A DNA stretch of 52,145 nt, taken from NCBI GenBank assembly GCA_046861645.1, contig JBHHUM010000009.1, positions 1 to 52,145 on the forward strand, read 5' to 3'. The stretch's first letter is position 1. Every line of letters begins with the position of its first letter. This DNA is from Fidelibacterota bacterium. GTDB lineage: Bacteria; Fidelibacterota; Marinisomatia; Marinisomatales; UBA2128. Of this stretch, positions 10,115-19,097 are shown in pieces. Below the pieces are notes generated by a model. The model searched no databases. It was not told the DNA's origin and worked only from the letters and a program-made list of their open reading frames with translations. The position numbers were made by a program, and so were the translations under genes.

Positions 10115-10657
10115 CTATGAATCCTCTGGTTTATTTTTTTGAAGAGGAAATGGAGCTTTCTGTGGCCGTATGAAAACCCAGATCATTCCTAAAAAGAGTC
10201 CCAAAACACTACCAACACCAGCATGAAAAGGGGTGTTTGGTTGAACGATTAGCTCTCCCTGCATGAAAGGGTGCATGGTGCCGCAGGTGTGGGAACAACG
10301 GTATCGGTATTTTCCTCTTCGATTGGTGATCAACGTAATCGCCTCAACCTCAGTCCACTCTTCTTCTTTGGAGGGATGGCGAATATTAAAAGTTTTACTA
10401 TGAGCAAAAATCTCTGCGTCTAGGTCATAACCTTCGAGGTAGAATCCATGAACGACATCCAATGAAGTTAGTCTAATATTAAGTGTATCCCCTTTATTTA
10501 CGTGCAGCACTGCTGGTTCAAAAGCGTATTGGCGAGCCTTTATGAAGATGTCTCGACTTGTCGGTTTTTCCCCAGTGGAAGAGAAAAATATTCCCATCAT
10601 TCCGCCTAAAATGGTAATTAATATGATCCTAAAGGCAGATTTAACTTTAGTCGTCAT
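10115..10657 (-). CDS. Membrane-anchored CuA cupredoxin (cytochrome oxidase subunit II-like, stand-alone)
   Basis: DVVHGFY...CSHTCGTMHPFM CuA motif; N- and C-terminal hydrophobic helices. Confidence 0.83.
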   Translation of the reverse strand: MTTKVKSAFRIILITILGGMMGIFFSSTGEKPTSRDIFIKARQYAFEPAVLHVNKGDTLNIRLTSLDVVHGFYLEGYDLDAEIFAHSKTFNIRHPSKEEEWTEVEAITLITNRRGKYRYRCSHTCGTMHPFMQGELIVQPNTPFHAGVGSVLGLFLGMIWVFIRPQKAPFPLQKNKPEDS

Positions 10658-10868
10658 TTTATGAATTATTTATTTCCACTTTTCACGAAAGGTTCTGATC
10701 GCCCCATTTTGTTTTAATTCCATATCTCATGAAATAGATTGACAAAGAGTCGGGGTAAAATGTTAGTGGTTCCTTTCACGAATTTTTAATCACCAGGTTC
10801 AAAAGACTATTTAACCCTATTTACCTTAGAGATTTTTTATTACTCTCTGTAATGGTTGAAAAATCTGA

Positions 10869-11456
10869 TTAACGTCTTTTCAACGTGAAGTTAACCTCGA
10901 TCTCCCCCTTTTCCGGAATTTCAATTGCTACAGATTGGTTCTTTAATCTTTCGTGCCAGGCAATCAGATTATAGTTCCCCGGAGGAACCCCGATAATTCT
11001 AAAGGCACCATCCTTGTCGGTTCTAAAAAAGTACTTATTCTGAAGCACTAAAACCCAAGCTTCCATTTCAGGATGAACATTACATAACAGTACTGAAGTA
11101 CAACCTTCCTCTTTGAATGTATAGGAACGGGTTTCACCTTTAGGCCAGGTCCCCAGGTTCATTTTTTCGGCACATTTATCTGGTGTGAAAACGTTATGTA
11201 GTACATCATCACTGTTGATAAAGTCCACGGTAGTACCTTTCACGATAGGAAGTACATGAGGTTTAAATTCTAAGTTGACCTGATCCATACCGACTGATGA
11301 CGTTGCGGGTGGCTCTGGTGAATCGATTTCCTCAATATAAACCACAACATCCCGACTGTCACGTACACCTTTACAAGTTACAGTACCAAAGACATCTCCA
11401 GCGAAAATGGATGAAACCCACATCGCAATGATGAATATCGCAGCAGTTCTACTCAC
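10869..11456 (-). CDS. Exported cupredoxin (type-1 copper motif) with carboxypeptidase-regulatory-like domain
   Basis: Signal peptide; LHNVF...CNVHPEM (H...C-x2-H-x2-M); TDKDGAFRIIGVPPGNY. Confidence 0.78.
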   Translation of the reverse strand: MSRTAAIFIIAMWVSSIFAGDVFGTVTCKGVRDSRDVVVYIEEIDSPEPPATSSVGMDQVNLEFKPHVLPIVKGTTVDFINSDDVLHNVFTPDKCAEKMNLGTWPKGETRSYTFKEEGCTSVLLCNVHPEMEAWVLVLQNKYFFRTDKDGAFRIIGVPPGNYNLIAWHERLKNQSVAIEIPEKGEIEVNFTLKRR

Positions 11457-11559
11457 GATTTACTCCTTTCTCATCTTGAAAGATGAAAAGTTGTTTGACT
11501 CAGTTTACGTTCTTCGAATACTCCGCTTTCTCCCCTATTAATTCTATGACAATCCAGCC

Positions 11560-12858
11560 TCAGAAGGCAAAGTTGAATTGAAAAGTGAACAAGCCATCAT
11601 CTTTACGTGTATCGTCCAGTGGAAGAAGATATTCGACGGAGCATTTCACATTTGCTCTAAGCATGACAATTATCCCAGGTATTAAGCTGGTAGTTGGATC
11701 AGTGCTATCATCATCGGTGTCCTTATCGGTAAATTCGTACCTTGCGCGGGCAATTAACCAGGGAAAGATGACATAATTTCCTTCTGCGAAGTAAGCCAGT
11801 GAATTACGTTCAGTTCCGTCATAATCGGATTTCATGTTTAGCGCCAGAGCAGTGATGGTTAAACGATTAATCCACCAGTCGATGTCTCCACCAAGCAAAC
11901 TGAATTGATCCTCCAAATTATCATTCAATGCAGTTCCATTGTAGTAGAATCCACCCAGGCGGAGAGAGTTATCGATGTAAAATGCAGACTGCTCACTAGC
12001 CTGTCCCTCCGTTCCACCGATTTCTCCGAGGCCACCTAATTTGTACGTAACTCTACCATAGATATCTTTGGCGGTATTTACGTCAAAATTATCAACATCA
12101 TTTTGTCCATTAGCAAAGCCCACTGTATAGGTGAAACCTCCAGTTCCTCCAGCGCCGTTACCGGCACCCCAAAGTTCAATACCTCCACCAGAACCGTCCC
12201 GTAAGCGCCAGGTACCAGATTGATTTTTTAAATCTTCCACATTATAATGTGTACTTGTCAGGCGACGGCCTTCTGGGGAAGCACTGAGTCCCACTGAACC
12301 GAACTTGAGGTGCATCAATGGACTGAAATCATATTGTAGAGCAAATGAATAGGCCAGTTCTTCCGCGTGTTCGAGCTCGACTTCACCAAAGAATGAGATA
12401 TCTTCACCGATGGCCCCACCGTAAAACAGTTCAAACTCATGAGGAATCTCAAAATAAAGAGCTTTGTCATCCTCAACAACAGTGGAGGTGGTCGGATCGT
12501 CCCATGATCCCCCATAATAGACTCGTCCGAAGCCGTGGACAGAAAGTGGTGAAGTACCCGGGATGTTAGCCGGCCAGATCGCATCGGGAAAAACTCGTTT
12601 GTAGCCCTCGGAACCCAGACTTACTGGTTCCTCTTTCGTCATTTCAGGATCCTGACCTTCCGGGTAGCGATATCCATTATTGCGAAAAGCTTTCCCAAAA
12701 GCATTCAACTTTGGGTAGGCGTAATGACAGGTAGAACAACTTGTCTTGTACTTTCTAGAGAAGCTGGGAATGCTTAATGCTTGAGTAGGAAGCAACATCA
12801 TATAAACAAATGCCAAACTGACAATAATTGAGAAAAAACTAACGACAGACTTTTTCAT
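11560..12858 (-). CDS. Cyc2-like outer-membrane porin-cytochrome c fusion
   Basis: Signal peptide, then IPSFSRKYKTSCSTCHYAYPKLNAFGKAFRNNGY (Cyc2 N-terminal signature); amphipathic beta-strands; C-terminal FNFAF barrel signal. Confidence 0.8.
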   Translation of the reverse strand: MKKSVVSFFSIIVSLAFVYMMLLPTQALSIPSFSRKYKTSCSTCHYAYPKLNAFGKAFRNNGYRYPEGQDPEMTKEEPVSLGSEGYKRVFPDAIWPANIPGTSPLSVHGFGRVYYGGSWDDPTTSTVVEDDKALYFEIPHEFELFYGGAIGEDISFFGEVELEHAEELAYSFALQYDFSPLMHLKFGSVGLSASPEGRRLTSTHYNVEDLKNQSGTWRLRDGSGGGIELWGAGNGAGGTGGFTYTVGFANGQNDVDNFDVNTAKDIYGRVTYKLGGLGEIGGTEGQASEQSAFYIDNSLRLGGFYYNGTALNDNLEDQFSLLGGDIDWWINRLTITALALNMKSDYDGTERNSLAYFAEGNYVIFPWLIARARYEFTDKDTDDDSTDPTTSLIPGIIVMLRANVKCSVEYLLPLDDTRKDDGLFTFQFNFAF

Positions 12859-12892
12859 TATAGTCCTCCTTTTGATTTATCCCCTAATATTA

Positions 12893-12908
12893 GTCAAAAA
12901 GCGTGCCA
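12893..12908 (-). promoter_or_regulatory. Sigma54 (-24/-12) promoter for the cyc2-like operon
   Basis: Minus strand reads TGGCACG-CTTT-TTGAC versus consensus TGGCACR-N4-TTGCW; ~35 bp upstream of the ATG, which has an AGGAGGA RBS; adjacent to a sigma54 activator gene. Confidence 0.75.
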
Positions 12909-12946
12909 GAAGAAAAAATGCCGCATTTTAGAAACACTTTCGAGAG

Positions 12947-13004
12947 CAATAAGTTGTTAGTGATAAGTATTTTCAGTTTAGACTGCAACATAAATGGTAG
13001 CAGT
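12947..13004. promoter_or_regulatory. Putative IHF site and upstream activator dyad for the sigma54 promoter
   Basis: Minus strand TAACAACTTATTG (12947-12959) resembles WATCAA-N4-TTR; imperfect dyad ACTGCaacataaatggtaGCAGT at 12982-13004. Confidence 0.4.
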
Positions 13005-13120
13005 TTTATGTATTTACGTTGCACTTGAACGCATTAATTCATAAATAATTTATTTCTGAATCAAGATAAAACTAGAAAAAGGGGAGAGAGCAGTTAATTG
13101 ATTTATATTCGGGTGCTTTT

Positions 13121-13289
13121 TAGCCTGTTTAATTCATCAGCCGCCAAGTTCGCGAAGTTTCACGAAGAGAAAACAAAAAAGTCCACAGAAATCCTGTTGG
13201 AAGATAATTTTCAATCATAATGCTCATATCTGCTATATTATCTATAATTTGCGAATCTTTGCGTTCCTCGTGGCGAATAATCCAGGTTA
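13121..13289. repeat. ~170-bp MITE/REP-like element with imperfect terminal inverted repeats
   Basis: Left TAGCCTGTTTAATTC versus reverse complement of right end TAACCTGGATTATTC (11/15); internal inverted ~9-nt periodic motifs cgccaagttcgcgaagtttcacgaag / tttgcgaatctttgcgttcctcgtggcg. Confidence 0.5.
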
Positions 13290-13340
13290 GTACCTCGCCA
13301 TTAATCTTTGTTTTTAAGAGAAGGGGAGAGGAGGAAATGA

Positions 13341-14786
13341 TCAGGTAGTGCGGAATTCTTCTGATCTGATTTTATGCTTTCTCATCAGTCGTTGAAAACT
13401 CTGTCTTTCGATGTGGGCCTTTTTAGCTGCTACAGTAACATTACCATTCGTCAAACTTAGCAGGTGTTTAACGAACTGTTTTTCAAAGGCATCGATTATT
13501 TCGGTTCTGATTTCTCTCAGATTGAGATTATTGTGGACATGATCAGATTCAAAGAACCTTTTGAAAGGAAAAGTAAATTTATGACGAGATAAGGATTGTT
13601 TTTCTTTAAGGTACTCCGGGAAAGATTCAAAAGTCAAAACATCACCTCTTTCTCTGGTGATGCAATATTCCAGTATATTCTGCAATTCACGCACATTGCC
13701 GGGATAGTTGAAATCCATTAAAAAATCCATTACCTCTTTAGAGATGACTTTAACTTGCTTATGGAGGATGCGATTGTATCTTGATAGAAAGAATTCGGCT
13801 AACAAAGGGATGTCCTCTCGACGGTTACGTAATGGTGGAAGAATAATCGGAATGACCTGTAAACGATAGTAGAGGTCTTTACGGAAAGTACCGGCTTTTA
13901 ACATTGTTGACAGGTCTTTATTGGTAGCGGTAATAAATCGTGCATCAACGTTAATTTTTTTGTTTCCACCGATACGCTCGAAAGTCCTTTCTTCCAGAAC
14001 CCGTAGCAGTTTCTGTTGCAGATGGAGAGGCATATCTCCAATTTCATCCATGAAAATAGTTCCCGATTTAGCGACCTCGAATTTTCCTAATTTCTTTGAA
14101 GTGGCACCGGTAAAAGCTCCCTGTTCATATCCGAAGAGTTCACTTTCGAGGAGAGCCTCGGGCAGTACTGTACAGTTGATGGCGATAAATGGATCACGGT
14201 TATTCTCGCCTGCGTTATGGATGGCCTTGGCTACTAATTCCTTTCCAGTGCCACTCTCGCCAGTGATAATGACATTGGTAGTATTGGGTGTTAGTGCAAT
14301 AGCGCCAATTTGCTTGAATACCTCCTGCATGAGTGGGTGATTCCCAATAATTTCATCTTTTTGATCTGGATGATCTAAGGCTGCTTTGAGATCGCTTACT
14401 TCCTGTTGCAGCCTTACCATTTCTATGGCGTGTTTTGCTACCACTCGCACCTTTTCTACATCAAGCGGCTTAGTGATGTATTCATAAGCACCTAATTTCA
14501 TGGCTTCAATGGCAGTCTGCATGGTCCCATAACCAGTGATTACGACGATTGGAGTTTTTATACCGGATTTCTTTACTTCTCTTAAAACGGATAAGCCATC
14601 TCTCTTGGGCATGGCAATATCAATGAAAGCTAAATCTGGACGTTCGTTCCGGAGGGTATGCAGAGCCTTTTCCCCATCGGGGGAGGTGACCACGGAATAA
14701 TTGTAGTCCTCGAAAGTTCGTTTAAAGGCAAAGATGATATTTTCATCATCATCGGCGATAAGTATTTTAGGGCTAGGCATAAGCAC
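13341..14786 (-). CDS. Sigma54-dependent response regulator (NtrC/AtoC family)
   Basis: REC (IADDD, DIAMP, KP), Walker A GESGTGKE, GAFTGA, MDEIGD, YPGNVREL, Fis-type HTH; start may be 14780. Confidence 0.95.
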   Translation of the reverse strand: MLMPSPKILIADDDENIIFAFKRTFEDYNYSVVTSPDGEKALHTLRNERPDLAFIDIAMPKRDGLSVLREVKKSGIKTPIVVITGYGTMQTAIEAMKLGAYEYITKPLDVEKVRVVAKHAIEMVRLQQEVSDLKAALDHPDQKDEIIGNHPLMQEVFKQIGAIALTPNTTNVIITGESGTGKELVAKAIHNAGENNRDPFIAINCTVLPEALLESELFGYEQGAFTGATSKKLGKFEVAKSGTIFMDEIGDMPLHLQQKLLRVLEERTFERIGGNKKINVDARFITATNKDLSTMLKAGTFRKDLYYRLQVIPIILPPLRNRREDIPLLAEFFLSRYNRILHKQVKVISKEVMDFLMDFNYPGNVRELQNILEYCITRERGDVLTFESFPEYLKEKQSLSRHKFTFPFKRFFESDHVHNNLNLREIRTEIIDAFEKQFVKHLLSLTNGNVTVAAKKAHIERQSFQRLMRKHKIRSEEFRTT

Positions 14787-17184
14787 TGTTTCCCGCAGCT
14801 AAGGGAAGAATGATAGAGAGACAAGCTCCTGATTTATCAATGTTCTCGGCGAGAATAATGCCACCATGTTCAGAGACTACCCGTTTTGCCATGGATAACC
14901 CCAGTCCAGTGCCATCTAGTTTTGTGGTAAAAAAAGGATCAAAGATTCTGTTCAGGTTCTTTCGGGGGATACCAGAACCAGAATCTGAAATACGCAGGGA
15001 CACTACGGATAATCCCTTAGGAAGAGTGATCTCCTCACTTTCACTTTCAATGCTCCCAGATTTTTTTGCACCATGTAAATCTTTTGTCAATACACTCTGA
15101 GCGAGAGCAATATGGATGCTTCCATTTTGACCTATGGATTGGGCTCCGTTTAAAAGGATATTCATTACCACTTCTCGAAACAGATTCTTATCAAGCCATA
15201 ACTCAGGAACATGTTCATCTAATTCTTGAGTCACGAGGATATTCTGTTTCTCAAAATGATGCTTGGAGAGCAATATGCTTTCCCGGATGATGTCACAGAT
15301 ATTTTCCTTTCCCTTTTTCAGCTCTGAGGGTTGTGAGAAAGATAATAAATCCTTGGTAATCTTGTCGATTCTCTGAATAGAAGTTAAAACCACTTCCAGG
15401 GATTCCTTATCGGGTTTGGGTAGGTGTCGTGATTGACTCAGCAGTTGCATTAACATATTAGCTGATGTTAAGGAGTTGCGCATTTCGTGAGCTAGAACTG
15501 CTGCCATTTCACCCAATGAGGCTAATTTTTCGGATTGGAGAATCTGCTTCTGTAACTCTATTCTGGTAGTAATATCCGTTAGAATTTCCAGATGCATGAT
15601 ATCGTGATTATTATGATGAACAGGAACATTTATCATCTCGATTATTTTCGATTCTTTCCCGTTTGGTAATTCAAATTCAGTCCTTGTTATTTTTGAATTG
15701 TCACTACTGTCATTAATACAATAATCACAAATACCAGATTTTCCAAATAGCTCATAACACTTCAGACCGATGGATTCACTTCTGCCAAATTCAGTTAAGT
15801 TCTTAATCGCTTCACTGACTGTTAATACACGAAATTCCTTATCTAAAAGGATGAAGGCGCTAGGTACATTATCAAGAATAATCTGGAGTTTATTCTTTTC
15901 CTCGGTAAGTTGATTGGTACGTTCTTTGACTTCCTTCTCCAATTCAAAACTGTGATCGTGGAGACGTTGATCCCTTTCTTGGATAGACTGCGCCATCTGA
16001 TTGAATTTTTCAGCCAGCTCTTGGATTTCGTCTCCGGTTTGTATATTAAGTCGATGAGTGAAATCTCCCCGGGCTATGATATCTGACCCTTTTTGTAGAT
16101 TTTTTATGGGTTGTACGAACTGTTTTGTAGCCAGGCGACTTAAAAACAGAGCCAACATCAGAAATGCAATGACGAAAACAACTGAGTACAAAATAAACTT
16201 TCGAAGTGGTGCGAAGATTACCCTTCTGGGAAGAGAGAGTAAAAACGAATAGTTTTGATTTAAAGCTGCCGAACCCCAGAGAAGAGGCATATGAAAAACG
16301 AGATTATCGGTCTCCTCAATATATCCTGTGTCACCCAAAATTATCTCTAATGCGTTGGTAGTGGTGAAGTCGGAATAGATATTGAATTTACTTTTTTCGG
16401 CAAGAGACTTATTCCAGTTTGCCATTTTAACGGAATGATAGAGATAGTGTCCTTCTTTATCTACAATCGCAGCCGTATAGACGTCTCCCTTATTGACAGA
16501 AGTTTCAATTATGGAAAAGATTTGCGAGGCAAATACGTTGGCAACAAGTATTCCTTCATTGGATGTTTCATCCTTCCCACCAGGCATGACGAAACTGAAT
16601 GCCGAGAGGGTTTTATTAACGTCGTTAGTGCTCAGCTCGACAGGGACGATAATCGTTTCATTTTGAGCTGAAGTGTGCTCAGGATTATGAAGATTTATAA
16701 GAAGACTGTAAAAATTCCAGCTTGTATATTTATTGGAAAGAGATGTTTCAGAATAATTGTCCATGTTGCGAATAACACATAAAGGTTCAGAGAATTCTTC
16801 TAAATATTGTATTTCGTAATAGAACTGTTTATTTTGCATTAAACCCTGAATAAACTCTAAAAATGCCCTTATCTCTTTAGATTGTTTATCGTATGGTTTT
16901 GTAGAAATTGCTCGAAATTGCTTTGAGCTTTTGATATATGTTAAATCTGAATCAATGACATTCAGGAAATCCTGAAGACGGATGCTCACTTCCTCGGCAA
17001 AATGTTCAAGCTCGGCAATGGTTTTGTTTCGAATGGAATGGGTTGTAGTGACGATTGAGAAAATACCGATCATCACTATAGATGCTGCGGAAAGACCTAC
17101 AAACGCTATTCCCAGCTTTTTTTCTATATTCAGCTTCAGGTACTTTGATATCCTCTGAAGAAGTGTGAGAGTATCTGTTTTCAT
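14773..17184 (-). CDS. Membrane sensor histidine kinase (periplasmic Cache-like, HAMP, PAS, HisKA, HATPase)
   Basis: Two TM helices, HAMP (GDEIQELAEKFNQMA), H-box LAHEMRNSL, N-box, DSGSGI, FDPFFTTK, GTGLGLS. Confidence 0.93.
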   Translation of the reverse strand: MKTDTLTLLQRISKYLKLNIEKKLGIAFVGLSAASIVMIGIFSIVTTTHSIRNKTIAELEHFAEEVSIRLQDFLNVIDSDLTYIKSSKQFRAISTKPYDKQSKEIRAFLEFIQGLMQNKQFYYEIQYLEEFSEPLCVIRNMDNYSETSLSNKYTSWNFYSLLINLHNPEHTSAQNETIIVPVELSTNDVNKTLSAFSFVMPGGKDETSNEGILVANVFASQIFSIIETSVNKGDVYTAAIVDKEGHYLYHSVKMANWNKSLAEKSKFNIYSDFTTTNALEIILGDTGYIEETDNLVFHMPLLWGSAALNQNYSFLLSLPRRVIFAPLRKFILYSVVFVIAFLMLALFLSRLATKQFVQPIKNLQKGSDIIARGDFTHRLNIQTGDEIQELAEKFNQMAQSIQERDQRLHDHSFELEKEVKERTNQLTEEKNKLQIILDNVPSAFILLDKEFRVLTVSEAIKNLTEFGRSESIGLKCYELFGKSGICDYCINDSSDNSKITRTEFELPNGKESKIIEMINVPVHHNNHDIMHLEILTDITTRIELQKQILQSEKLASLGEMAAVLAHEMRNSLTSANMLMQLLSQSRHLPKPDKESLEVVLTSIQRIDKITKDLLSFSQPSELKKGKENICDIIRESILLSKHHFEKQNILVTQELDEHVPELWLDKNLFREVVMNILLNGAQSIGQNGSIHIALAQSVLTKDLHGAKKSGSIESESEEITLPKGLSVVSLRISDSGSGIPRKNLNRIFDPFFTTKLDGTGLGLSMAKRVVSEHGGIILAENIDKSGACLSIILPLAAGNSAYA

Positions 17185-17607
17185 GACAATTTTAACACGG
17201 TATAAATCCCTTTAAATGGTATGGTGAATGTAAAATTTCTCCTTATAGATGATGCTAACAAAATGAAAAAGCAGGAATTTATTAGTTGCTGTTTTGATGT
17301 TGGTGTATTTAGCCAACCTAACCTCCTTACAGGTCTATAAGTAAAGCAGATATTTGGTCGTAAGGCATGACTTAATTTTTGAAGAACTAAGGAAGCTTCC
17401 TACCGGTATACTTGTTTGCCGGTTCGTCGACAAATTTATCGATTTACCCCTTTGATTCCCAAAGTAAAATGATCAGTAAGTGAAGCGAAATATTGTGAGT
17501 TTAAGTAAAGACTATATTTGATTTTTATCGATTTGTTAAGCAAATAATTTTAAATACAGGAAAATAGAAATACATGAGGAAAGGACTTGGTGTCGTATGA
17601 GCTATAT

Positions 17608-17680
17608 AGGGTAATACCCTTATAAGAGGGTAATGAAGAGGGTAATACCTAATTGATTGGGTAATGAATTAGGTAATAGA
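17608..17680. repeat. Five GGTAAT units with alternating 19/12-bp spacing (imperfect 31-bp tandem duplication)
   Basis: GGGTAAT at 17609, 17628, 17640, 17659 and AGGTAAT at 17671; first unit is the dyad AGGGTA-A-TACCCT. Confidence 0.6.
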
Positions 17681-18128
17681 AGAAGGTACTTTACTTAGTG
17701 TGATAGAAATCCTCAGATCACCTCTAAACCCATATCCACACTTATAGTTAAGCCAGTCTCAAACGATTGTTTTACTCTATACATTTATTCCATCATTTAT
17801 GGTGGACTGTAGCCAATTCATTAAATGAAGAATTTTAGCCAAATATCTTGAGTGTTATCATTTGAATTATTACCTCTTTTGCAATGATGTCAGCTTCCTG
17901 GTCATAAAGGACAATATAAGTACAGTATTCTATCTGCTCCCGGCGAAAGAGGTCATGTCAACCCCGTATAGTATGGGGTAGGGTTGAGGACACTTAGGGG
18001 GTATAGAATAAATCATTGGGGAAGAAAGTCACCTAAACATATCGGTTAAGAACGGTTAAGATTATTTCGAGCAGTAATCAGCTAAAATATAAGACTATGA
18101 CCGGAATACTTTGGGCCAGCAACTAATC

Positions 18129-19097
18129 TCAAGGTGCAGCTATGGACACTTTTATTGCCAAGTGGTCTGAATAGCCCCCTAACAGTTTATCTCCTGCCCA
18201 GAATCGGAAGGGGTAGTGCTGGTAAGCACCTGACTGCTGACGGTATTTGGGAGCATCAAGGATAGTGATAGAGTTATCAATTACAAATAATCCCTCCTCC
18301 AGAGTCAACCCCTGACTGATGATGATTTGGTCAAGAATTTCGTCCATTCCGCGCCAGACATAAGTACCCATATGGGGTTTGTTGTTAAAGGTGATCATCA
18401 GATTTTGCAGGCGAAATGTGGAATTTTCATTGTCAGGAGAGAGTAAACTCTGAACATTATTATCCAGAGGTCCTTCATTTAAATCACCCATGATTACGAT
18501 TTCTGCATCAGGATTAGTAGAGAGAAGGTCCTCCACATGTTTCCTGAGCAGTGCTGCTGTCTCGGCCCGTTTTGGTATAGCCTGCGCTTTCCCACCATAG
18601 TTAGAAGGCCAGTGGTTTACGAACAGGTGAAGGATTTTTCCACTGAATAATCCCTTAACATACAGGATATCACGAGTAGACTTACCGGATGTTAGTCTAT
18701 TTTTAATTGGTTTGGAATCAAGAACTGACATAAGACGGGGATCATATAAAAGAGCACAGTCAATCCCCCGGTTGTCTGGGGAATCATAATGAATGATACT
18801 ATAGTTTTTACCAGTAAAAGTCTGATTAAGTTCTTCCAAAACCAACCGGTTTTCTACTTCACAGAGCCCCACCACATCTGCATTAAGGTCGCTCAGCACT
18901 TCTGCACAATGGGTCAGTTTTAAATTGTATATTTCTTCGGTTACTCCTTTACTACCCCCTAAAGCAAACTCCTCATCACTTTTACGGGGATCATCTTCCA
19001 GATCGAATAAGTTTTCAACATTCCAGAAGGCAACAGTAAGTGTATCTCCGGCGAACAGAAGTAATGGATAGAGAAAAGTAAGAACCATTTTCTTCAT
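18129..19097 (-). CDS. Secreted endonuclease/exonuclease/phosphatase family protein
   Basis: Signal peptide; AFWNVENLFD, GLCEVEN, NHWPS, MGDLNE, LDQIII, GYSDHL. Confidence 0.9.
   Translation of the reverse strand: MKKMVLTFLYPLLLFAGDTLTVAFWNVENLFDLEDDPRKSDEEFALGGSKGVTEEIYNLKLTHCAEVLSDLNADVVGLCEVENRLVLEELNQTFTGKNYSIIHYDSPDNRGIDCALLYDPRLMSVLDSKPIKNRLTSGKSTRDILYVKGLFSGKILHLFVNHWPSNYGGKAQAIPKRAETAALLRKHVEDLLSTNPDAEIVIMGDLNEGPLDNNVQSLLSPDNENSTFRLQNLMITFNNKPHMGTYVWRGMDEILDQIIISQGLTLEEGLFVIDNSITILDAPKYRQQSGAYQHYPFRFWAGDKLLGGYSDHLAIKVSIAAP

Noticed and set aside
7416..10657. Cytochrome c oxidase or nitrous oxide reductase operon
   Set aside because: CuA domains are present, but there is no subunit I, NosZ propeller/CuZ domain or nosDFY in the window
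17608..17680. CRISPR array
   Set aside because: Units are only ~7 bp with 5-12 bp between them; no cas genes
17750..17930. Transposase pseudogene fragment on the minus strand
   Set aside because: Stop-riddled and no recognisable DDE or other motif; cannot be supported without a search
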